DNA of 64,000 bases from Botryllus schlosseri (Eukaryota). The stretch lies in assembly GCA_051294905.1 (NCBI GenBank), contig CM119371.1:13208001-13272000 (forward strand), in the 5' to 3' direction. The notes beneath the pieces are model-generated. The model was not told where the DNA came from. It made no database searches and saw only the letters and a list, made by a program, of their open reading frames with translations. This document shows, piece after piece, positions 14,301 through 26,300 of this stretch. Numbering within the stretch: position 1 is the stretch's first letter; every line of letters begins with the position of its first letter. The position numbers were made by a program, and so were the translations under genes.

Positions 14301-17300
14301 GTTTTTGCAACGTTTGCAACTTTTTTACAGCTTCCTAGATACTCAGAATCTATGTACTATGATGTTTTATAATGTTTAGAGGGATTTTATAGTGCAACTT
14401 TTTGCAGCTTTTTTCTATTTTTCATATCAATTTTGACTGCAACTTCTGTCAAATATTGCATAAAAATGTGAAGGAGTGATTTAAAAACTTGCTATAAACT
14501 ATTTCTAGTATGATTCTATTCCCTTTGATTTGTATAACAACGAGTTATATGATGGGTTAGCTGCATCTCACTGTGTTATCTATGACACAATGGCTTGCAA
14601 GCAAAAAGTTCCACAACCCCGCCATGCACGACCGTGTTAGAACAATATGTAAATAGATCGCTTTATTGATGCTGTCATTTAAATTGAAGGTAGTTTCCCA
14701 TTCCACGAAAGCCCAGGCGGGGGACCGCCGAAAATTACATTTCCGCTGGGTCAGCTTATTCAGCCTATAGATTTTGTTAAAGTCGCCAAGAGTGAGTTTC
14801 TCTGCAACGCCTTGGGTCAAGTTTGCAGACCTAGGGGCTTTGGGAGTGTGGTATTTGACTGGTTTTAGGGGGAAGGGGTTATAGGTATGCTGTTTGGCTT
14901 TTTGAGGAAAATTATTCCCGCATTCCGTAATTTTCTCGCTATGTGCCTGTAAAATGTAATTTCGTGCGTTAAATGGCAATAAAGTAATAAATTCGACAGC
15001 TCTGTAGGAATTAGGTTATACAACGGAACCTTTTGAGTATCTTATACCCTAATAATTCAATAAAAAATTATAAATGCAACTGTTGGTAAAAATAAATGTA
15101 ACAGTCTCGCGATTTTAGTGCAACAAAAACTTGCCCCACTTATAATCACTTGACTAATAATTAATAAATCTGAAAATTGCAGTTAGGAGTTCGCTTGGCT
15201 TCCGGATCTGTCGCCAAACTACGCTCACATCCAAAGTAGAGCTATGCCTTTTCAATCAGCACTGGAAAAAACTGAACTGGCGATAAACATATCATTCGTG
15301 TCAATATTCCACACTCTCCATTACTATATCATATGTATCTTTCACGATGAAAGTCCTATTCGCTAGCGTAATGCTAGATTTGAACACAAGGAGCATCTCT
15401 TTCATTTGACTAACACAGGGGTTCTCAACCTGGGGGGGCGCGGGAGGCTCCCACGGGGGCGCGAGAAATTGACGAAGTCAGTATAGGGGGGGGGGCGAGA
15501 AATTGACAAAGTCAGTATAAATTGTACGTGTCTGAACGTGTGTTTCATATCCATTATGAGAAGACGATTAATGAAGATGAAATTTATTCCATATTCAAGA
15601 AAGCTTGCAAAATACAAACTCTAGCAACCGCGCTCAACGGACTATAGTCTGATTTCAACTTCATTTGAGCAGATTTTTGATATTCTTTGGAGATATAGAG
15701 AGCAATTCCCACATGTAAGTCATTCATTGCTTCATAGCTTTCACAGTAGCCTAAAGCTTGTCGCACTGGGCAGCTGTTGTTAGTAGCTTGCGAACTGCGC
15801 TGCCTATGACAGACTTGATGCAACATAGGTTGCACGGTTTCGCGCTCAATCAGGCTATAAATCAATACAATTTTATTAATTTCCAAAACTGATCAAATTT
15901 AGCCTGGCAGGACAGAGCGACGCCTTGCTCTCTGCACTCACTACCAGCATCAGGATTAGTCTCAGGGTGACCTACCTTGAAATTAATTAATGGATGTCTT
16001 GTTCAATGTTTTTTTTTTGTTATTTTCAAACAAGTTTGGAGAAATTTGTCAGCAATGTAAAAAACTCAACAACTGGAAAGCAGGTTCAAAATAGACGTGA
16101 TATACCTTATGTATACTGTTAGATCAGGGGTGGGAAGCCTGCGGCCGTAGAAGGGAGTTTGAGCGGCCTTCGAAGCCTAATTCAATTAGTATGTTTTGGC
16201 GGCCGTAGACATGCAAATTGCAATTACGAATTCACTCCCGCGTTTTCGAGAGATTTTAATTAATCTTGAAATTTTCTTCGCCCTCCGCGCAATTCAACAA
16301 GACTTCATTTTTCGATTTTAATGCAGTAGCGCCCTTTTTAATCTGAGCTGGAATGGGAATTGGCAAGAAATAACAATTCGTTCACGGCCCTGAAAAATTT
16401 TCGCGCTGCGCGCGACAATATGCACCTCCCGGCAATTATTCATAACATTGCCACTCGCGATTTCGGTGCGTACAATAGGCCATTGTGAAAAGTAGAATAG
16501 TCCGGAGTTCACCGGGAATGGATATGGACAGTTTACCATAGGAATTTTGCGTCCAGATCGTTCATTGCGGCTATGCCCTGGAATGCGGCCTTACGCTACA
16601 TAAGCAATCGAAATGTGGCCATGATTATCAAAAACGTTGCCCACCTCTGTATTAGATGATGTGCTCTTTTTGACATGACGATAAATGCAAGGGGGGTCGG
16701 GTGGTGGGCGCGATTTTTTTTACCATCTCCAAGGGGGGCGCGTGTCAACAAAGGTTGAGAACCACTGGACTAACATAATAGCCTACTGCTACCTGATAAA
16801 CTGTAAATAGAGAAAAGTAAGAAAGTTACGAAATGTAGGAAAAAGTAGAATAGCAGAAACAACTTATACTTGAGTAAGGACTACAGGTAGCGTAATAACA
16901 CTCCTAGGATAATTCGAAAAAGTAGATGTAAATCGTTTCTGACCTTTTATACATTCAATTGCATGTTGAAGTTTGTGCCTTATGGGTGTATGTACTCCTG
17001 TCTCCAATAATCCGTGCAGGTGGACCTTCGGTGTAGATTCGAACGTAACGCGGATCTCGAGACTTCGATCCACCTTCTGTTTTCAATGATATATTGTCAT
17101 AGAACAGGGCCGGGCGACATACGGCCCGCGACGAGATTTTGAGAAGCCCGCAGCCAGTTTACGGTCTTGCGTGATAATGTGGCAAGCGGCCAATACAGTC
17201 AGCCGCAAACCCCCACTACATCCTTGCTACTGATATTCACGGGCAGTCTTAACTATAATGGGTTTCTGCGTCTGACATGCCGCCAGACTTCAAAATACTT

Positions 17301-20300
17301 GTTTACAACCTTGATCGAACACAGGTGTCTCATGGACTTCAAGAGCTATTGAAGTAGGCTACATTATGTTATTAAAATTATTGAATGCTATGATTTTTGT
17401 CCCTATATGCCTTAAACTTAAAGCTCACATTGAATACGATTTATTCCATGAATAGGTGGATAAATGCGCGATTGATTTATCGATTCAGGAACCCTGCCCG
17501 CCAGGTAGGCCTACTTCATTTTCCTGAATCAGCCTGGTCGACTGGAGAAGTTGCCCGCCCTTGTTGTAGAATGTACTTTTACAGTGTTTATGTACAATGT
17601 ACACAGTAGACCGCTGTGTCTATACACTCGCTGCGACCTTTATGACCGCTTAAAGGTTCTAGTAGGTCTTAAGTATTAAAACACCAGCAGGGTATTTATA
17701 GCAGGGGTGTCAAACTCAAATTGCGTCGCGGCCCGGATTCAAACCCGTATCACCACTGATTCCAAAATGATACCTCATGCTCTATCTCAGAGGTCTCAAA
17801 CTCAAATGTGCTCGCGGGCCAATTTCTTAGTTTTGATGACGCCGCGGGCCGCACCACCAATAATAGGGATATTCAACGCGAAATTTCGAAGTAGGCCTTG
17901 TTTGACGGCAACTTGAAGACAGGCATTCCACAAACATCATGAAAATGTAATTTACTATTGTACTATTCACGCTTGACACGGAAAAATCATATTTTCAAAT
18001 ATTTGAATAAAATTGTTTTATGGCGGGCATTATTTGATCAAATAATGAGTTATAGACATCATGAGAGAGGATGCACCATGAATTCATGACATCGTCAAAC
18101 TGTCGGGGTATATTGCAGCTAGTGGACCTTTGACGTGCCACAATTTTATGTAGAATATTTTAAAATCTATACTGAAGACTGATCTGATAGCAGAGCATTT
18201 GAGCGGTGTAGCCTAATCCGGGTTATGATATAGTCGTGATAAGTAGGCCATTGTTACTATGTCATCGCCAAAGTCAAATTAAATCAGCGTCAGATTTTGC
18301 CTTCGATTATTATTGGAACATATCAATAACAACTTGAATATTATCATTATTGAGCCATAGCAATAGCACTGTTTTTTAACCTTAGGGATCGTACCCCGCG
18401 TGCTTACAATAAGATTTCTCGTAGCACCTGGACATTTTTAACACAATTTCTGTTTGTACCTATATTAAAATTAGAAAGCCCATACACGTAAAATCGTGCG
18501 AAGCGCGAAGACCATTTTCCAGTTGAATAAATTGGCCAAGAAAATATTCCACAGCATATAGGCCTAATTCCACAATGCATCTCGTACCCCATGATGTGGT
18601 GCTCCGTATCCCCGAAGGGGTCTACGGACCCTGGTTAAGAACCCATGGAATAGAAATGTCCAATCGCCGATGAATTCATTGGTGTTACAGCTGTGGAGCG
18701 TACTACTACCTTACTCGCCACCGATGATAATAACATGGATAAAGAGATCGGACAACACCCAGCATGTAACCAACTATTCGTCACGGGGGTCACATAGTGC
18801 CGATGGTAGCCATACTGACCTGATTAGATAGCTATATATACCCTACGCAACGCAAGCGATGACCTTTTGATATATTACTATTCCCAATGACAGTTTCATA
18901 GATTGTTGCATCCGTAGGATTGCCAAGTCACCGTTCCGAGTCGCAAGTCCTTCTCCGATTTTAACGTTTGACTCGACTCAACTTGGGTAATTTTTATTTA
19001 ATCACCCAGTCAATCCGAAATCGAGTAATTTTACGGAAGATCGCACCAAACCAAATCACAATTTTCATTCACGAATCATCAACGGGTCATGTTTTATCAT
19101 CATGAACTAGAAATGTGACGTAATAGCTGATCTTCTACCGCATGGTAGCTATTAAAAGTGATGTGATAGTGTAGTTCGTTGAGATTTCAGTGCTTTATAG
19201 CAGTTTTGGGGTGAACTTCAAGTTCTTATATCTATAAAAGATATGTGGCACTGGAATATATTGTCGAATACTTGAAATTTCAAAATGCCGTCGCGGGCCG
19301 CACAAAATGCTCTCGCGGGCCGCCTGTTTGAGACATCTGCTCTATCTTTTCGCTTGAATACATTATTATCAAGTACGTATGGACGATATGATATTAGATG
19401 ATATTGTACCAAGGATCAGAGCGGATTTATTCTATCAAGTAGCAACACCTTTATTTGTCAACAATGGAATAGGACAAAAGACGATGATTGGCCGGTTGAA
19501 TACAGATATGAACCGTTAAAACAGTGGCGATAACGATGGTATTGTATAATTGGCATATTTCTTGCGTATGAGGAGTGAGGAATACAAGAGATTTAAATGT
19601 CAACGCGAAGCTTGGAATTCAGTTTAACATTATTGCTATTAATATTATTCGGGTTTGTCTGGAGTCTGGGGACCTTCGGAGTCGGAAGTGACACCGCTCT
19701 GCGACCACAGATGTTTGGCTTAAATTTTTGTATAAGTAATATATTCACCATGTAAATTGCGTATTTTGGTTCCCCATTGTCGTTTACGCTTCTTTGAATA
19801 ACTATATGTTTTAGTCCATTATACATATAACTCTGAACTGAGTATGCACTTTTTGCTTTCTCGAAATTGGGTGTAAATTTCTCCGACTTGTTTCTATAGT
19901 TTTAGCTAGAGTAAAACCACAACACAGCAGTCGGGTGGAAAGCATATCCTACATAAAATCTCATAATTTGTTACAAATGTGCTGGACAATATAAGTATAA
20001 TTCAATCTACTCGTAATTGCTTCGCGGGCCGGATAGGATAGGCTGTCGGGCCATATATTTGACACCCCTGATTTATAGCAAAACATTAGCGATCTTACCA
20101 AAATCAAGCCAAAACTCGCGGGCAAAGAAAACATGGTGTAAAAGAGCCAATTCCGTCTGGCAACAACGTAAAACAATAGTACTTTTTTAAGCACTTGACA
20201 TGTAAAGTTTTGTCACAGGTATCACGTGTTTCTTGCTCGCAATATGTATCACGGCGACTCCGTTCATAACTGATTTATGGCTCTTGGTGGTCGTGGTGTT

Positions 20301-23300
20301 ATTTGGTGGCGTGACCTTCGGATACCTCGACGCAGGTGATGGAAATAATAGTGATTTACAGTGACTCGTTAAATTACCATAACCCGTTTGCTATCTCCAA
20401 CAGGAATGCAAGCCTTAATTCTGCAGCTATGGGGAGAAAAAGACTCCAGGCCTCATATAGCGGCATACCATTTCACGATCGCTCTTGGAGCATTCTTTGC
20501 ACCATTACTAGGTAAGGTCATTACAGTTGCCTAAATTTCAACAATAAATTTGCAACCAGCGGCATCGCAGACAATTCACCTATATTTCTATGTACGTTCT
20601 AAAAGGCTTGGCGAGTGTGTTATGTCACCTTACTCTAACATCCCTCGGGTGAAAGACATTTGAATGTGATTATAGTGAATCATATCTGATATATAAATAA
20701 AAAATTGCATTTGAAGAGCTTCTTGGAGGTACAGAACTTCAATATACAATTGATTAGTATATTCATTTTGAAATGAACCCGAATAATTTTGACTGACACT
20801 CGTCAGGGGTAATCATCACCATTTGCATTAGCAAATAGTTTTCGTAAAGCAAGGATGATAATCCTATTTTTATCTTAACGTAAAATGCCGGTTATCTGTA
20901 CGAATTGCATCCATTTTACATTTTATGTCGACTTCAGGAATGGTGACGATATATTTTTTGATTACGTCGCAGTGTGTCTCGTCCAGTCCCATTATCGTTT
21001 TGATAGTTATTCGTACATTAACGATTCACTTTACAAAATGTGCGCTGAAGATAATACGAGTGTTCCTGATCCGGTTCGGATATAGGTGTGGAAGTACCTA
21101 TAAATTAAGTTGTGGATTATGTGTCGGGTATTGATCGAAATAGGCTTCGTGCAACACGACAGATATTCGGCTTTTTCATTGTTCTGTAACTTCATACTGT
21201 TTGGCCTCGTATCCCGAATAATTTTACGCTTCTGCTTCAAGCGCAACCATTCCTCGAGGAACAGGAGGATATCTGCCCCAGCGTAACTGAGGAATTATGC
21301 AGCCTCGACGACGAATCAACCACCGTCTTCATGACAACAGTATTAAATGTGAGTAATGTTTTATAGCATCATTTCATCTAAGTTTTGCCAATTCAGTCAT
21401 AGTTACTATACATCGGTGTCCAACTACAGAGCTGTGTATGTTAGAGTCACATTCAGAGGAGGTCGTTAATGAAGTACTTCGAGTTTCTACTTTTGGAGGT
21501 TATGCGAGTAGACTTTTAAGAGGATTTGTCATATTTTTCGGCTTTTTTAAAATTGCCCTCGGAGTACGCCCAAATGTCCTCTTTTTTTCGAATTTGCCCT
21601 CTTTTTAGAAAATTTTGGTTAAATGTATCTGAAAATTCAACTGAGATATCAGTACTCAAGTAACGGTCCGGTGGGTTTTTCGGGAATTGAGCCAGAAAGA
21701 TGACCTTTTTTTAGTCAACCAAGTACAAACTCGTAATAGATTTTCCAATTTTACGGATCTTACTCCGGTATTGTACGTCTGGAAATTTCTTAAAAGCGTC
21801 CTCTTTTCAGATTCCCAAAATATGACAACATACTACTACCACACCTACTGGAACAGTTTTTAAGGCAAAACTACGTAGCCTACATATTACAAACCTTGGA
21901 ATAATGTGAAAGCAGTTTTGCCATAACTCAACATCACTATTTACCAGTGAAATCTTCATAAAAACTACGTGCCTATATCACAGGGACTATAAATATGAAT
22001 TCGGACATTGTAAATATTTGTATTGACATTTCTAATTTTTAGTTAGTCTGAAAAATATATTTTGCCATTTGGAAGTCGCCATCGTCGATTATCTGCTTAG
22101 AAATCGCGACTATACTCGACCGGATCTTCACGTTTAAACTACTTACTTAATGTGTTTTCCCACCTTCAAATTTCGGCATTTTGTTCCCCAATTATATACC
22201 CGATCTTCTCATGTGTTCACTGCACTACAGCGATTTCGTTACGTAACGTCATTCGGATTTCATTTAAAAAAATCAATTTAAAACAAACATGTTTAAAACA
22301 CGGCCCTTGTTTAAAACAATTTTTTTTGTTTTCTTTTTCATGTCGTCAGACATACTTAATTGTGACGTTATCATGGAGTGACATTGACGGTTGAAAATAT
22401 AGGGTAACTATCGCTCCTTCGACGAAAAAGTCCTCCGAATACTGATATAAACAGACCAAACATATGTTTAATCGGGACTAAAGCGTAATGCCGCATTTTT
22501 TGGGTCAGAGGTCATCATCAGAAGAACACCCATTCAGTACCAATAATCTAGGGTTACCATATTTATGTGGAGCAAATACCGGACACTCACACTCACCCAC
22601 TAGCGGATTTTACAATGAGGGATGAACACATTGTCAGTCGATATGACGTCACACTAGCAAAGCTTCGCCTCTCGACTGTACAGTGTACACACTGGGTTGG
22701 AACATAGGTTATGAATTAGGACCTTATTGACCTTATTGGGTGCAAATCGTCCGAGGGCTTATACTACAAGTTTTTTCGAAAGTATTTACACCATTATGGC
22801 ATAAAATGCAATGTTATGAAAAACAGTATTTTGGACGGCATTATTTATTAAAGTGTTCTAAAACTCAATTTGTTTTAAAGGCAACCCTACACCTCATTGT
22901 CAAACAATTTCACTGTCCCTCTAAATCAGTGGTTCCCAACCTTTTTCCACCCACGTACCACTTCCAGGTTTTATGCAGTGCTCGCATACCACCTACAGAA
23001 GTTACGCGCCCCGAAAGCGGTCGTAAATGATGTTTTCACCATTTATGACGTCACAATCGCGTATTTGACTTACGCGCGGTGTAATAAAAATTCCATTAAA
23101 CTAGGCATTATCAGCCAGGCTGACGGGATGCATGAAATTGTTTTCTTTTCGCCACCAGTCACAAGAAGAGCAATATAATGAAATAACAACAAACAACAAA
23201 AGTCAATTTATTTAATGCGATGGCTGCATTTGTTTATTTTTCACTAGCTGGTCGACACGTGGCATACGTTTGCTCACAGCGCATCGAAAGTCATGAATGG

Positions 23301-26300
23301 GCGCAACACGTCGGTTTCGGTTTTCGTCTTGATAGTCATCAGGGATCGAAATCCTTTCATGCACTCACACGTATAAGGGAAAACTAGCAGCTGGGGAATA
23401 GTGTGAGAAGCTAGCGTCGAGTACGAGGAGGCCATGCTAAGCTAGAAGTTTATTGGAGAACAATCTTTGCGTTCAACCCCACCTGAGCTAATAATTCCCT
23501 TCGGTCGAAAAAAACTGAATCTACTCGCGTGCCACCTGGAAGACCTTCGCGTACAACAGGTTGGGAACCACTGCTCTAAATTTTCATCCCGTGTACATAG
23601 ATAGATGTTGTGTCGTAAGTTACTTTCATGCTTTACTTATGGATACTTCTTCTATCACACAATTGGTTTCAACGAAAATGGTCCTATGTATTATAGAACG
23701 AAACAATGACCACTGCAGATCCCGGATACCAAGTGAGCTCAATTATTTGGCCTTACGTTATCACGGGCGTATTTTTGGTGGTCGTCGCGATAGTCTTCCT
23801 GGTGCTGGGCTTTTATAAAGTTGAGCGTAGAGTGAGGTAAAATCCTAAAAATGTGGTGGAGAGAATCGGAAAATCACTTACTGTGACACTTTTTAAGAAA
23901 CATCAAGGGTGATATTACGGAGGAGCGTCAAGAAGAAAATATTTCCCAAGTCCTCGTCTTATTCGTGCTGATATGCTTCTATTACTTCTTCTGTGTCGCC
24001 GGCGAAACAGCGTATCAAAGCTATATTTACTCGGTCTCCATATGCTCAGGATTATGTTTTACGGTACGTGCAGTCATTTGACAACTATGGTTGCCATCTC
24101 ACTAATAGTATAGGCTTACCATACGTCCTCTTTTAAGAGGATTTGTCCTCTTTTTTGACTTTTTTGAAGGTGTCCTCGGAGGACGCCCTTTCGTCCTCTT
24201 TTTTGAGATTTTGTCCTCTTTTTGAAAATTTAGGTCAGATTTAGAGCAAATTGCGAGTGATATGCAGCAAATTAGCACAGAAGTGAAGCTCCGGCGGCGA
24301 GTGAAAAACGGTGATAATAGCTCTGAGCGAAAAGATGACCTTTTTTTGGTATTTTGAGCTCTGAGCGGAAAAGATGACCTTTTTATTTTTTAGTCATCCA
24401 CCTGGCAATGTCGAGTGACAAACGGTATTTTGAGAGCTCTGAGCGGGATGGATAACCTTTTTTTTATTTTTTATTTTTTAGTCAACCGATCACAAAGTGG
24501 GAAAAATTCACCGGTTTTTGAGAATTCTACTCCAGTTTTGCAAGTTGCAAATTTCTGAAAAAGAGTCCTCTTTTTAGATTTCCAAATTATGGTAAGCCTA
24601 CTAATAGTACCAATCTCTAGATTGAATTTGCAACACGCACTTCTACCTAATAGATCTCATATGTTCGTCATGGGTCAATCTAATTTGTAACTACAATCTG
24701 CATCTTAGGAACTCGGATTGAACGGCATGCTGGTTTCAGGATTGTTAACCAGTATATTGCACAATAATTCAAGTCTGTCGCAAGTATAAGTTTGGAAATA
24801 ATAATGCAGCCGTTGGTCCTTAGGTACCGTTTTTCAGCCCTTAAGGCGAGATTTACAATTCATTCAGGTCGAATTCGAGCATGGTACTTTCAGACATGTC
24901 GTACGTGTGACTCAATATCGGTACTAGTGCATTTCGACTGTCGACGTGTCATCGAACCACGATCGGTCGGTTACCTACCGTCTACAAAAAGCGTCACCAA
25001 CATCTTTGAAACCAACAGCTATTTCTTGGGTACTGGTTTATGCGATGGGCTATCATTTACTCCCGCCGTTTATCCGTGTTCAGTTGATTATCTTCACTGA
25101 TACATTCAGAGCCCTGGGCAGGGTTTCCGCCCCTTAACAGATAACTCTCACTCACCAAGAATCACACCAGCGATTGCGGGCTCAGTCGCGTTGCCGCACT
25201 GCATGCCTAAGCACCAATCTTCACGTCGAGACATGGGAATAATATCTGGATTTCCGTTAAGCCTAAGCTTGGGCGAAGTCGAGCAACGCCCCGATGGAAA
25301 ATTGCGTTCGTATGTTCCCGAGAGTTGACTGACTCACGTTCAACTGGCACTTATATTAAACTATTCTCCGCTTAGACTTTCAAATCTCTCATTTGAATAT
25401 TCGGTACTACAGCAGCGGGCGACTCTTCTGGTTCTCGCGGGCGACCAGCACCGCGTTGGTGACCCCTAAACTACTGAATAACTTGAATGAGTGGTACAAG
25501 TCAGAAAGATTCACTCATGAGCAATGTTCCCTCTAAGCTGCGCACGTGCGCAAATGCGCAGTGCTGACACGGTCTATGCGCACAGAAAATCTAAGCTGCG
25601 CACAAAAAATCCGAAGTGATGACCTTTTTTTTAGTCGTTACGCACTGTTGTCCAAGGGTCTGCGCAGTGAGTTGGTGAGTGTGCGCAGACTCCTCAAATA
25701 TTAGAGGGAACATTGCTCATGAGTATTCGCAAACCTGGTAGCTAAGCTAATGATCATGAGTGATCAACTTTGAATTACGACTCCGAGCAGACTGGGTCGC
25801 AGGACCGTAACTGCCGCACCCCAAACCCCCCAATTGGGGGGGGGCAAGCTCGAAGGAAGGCCCAAATTATTTCGTGAATTAGCATAAATTATAGACTATT
25901 TTTTGAAAATTTGCGCAACTATTTCCAAATTATTTCACGCCGGGCGTAATTTCAAGTTTACCAAATATCTTGATTATTGGGTACTTTTCCCCCAAGAAAA
26001 AATACGCAAGATTTTGAGAAATGGGCATATCAGCGTTGGCCATTACCGCGCCACGATGCGCCAACACATATAAAGTTTTAGGTCATGAAACATTAGGGTT
26101 ACCATATTTTAGAATCGGGAAAGGAGGATATTTTTTCAAAAATTTTCAAACTTGGAATACCGGAGGGAAATCTTGAAAAAATGGTAAATTTTTCTCACTT
26201 CGTGGTCGGTTGACTAAAAAAAAGGTTAACTTACTCGCTCAGCGCTCAAAATACAGGTTATTCTTCCACATTATCAGTTGGTTGATTAAAAAAAAAGTCA

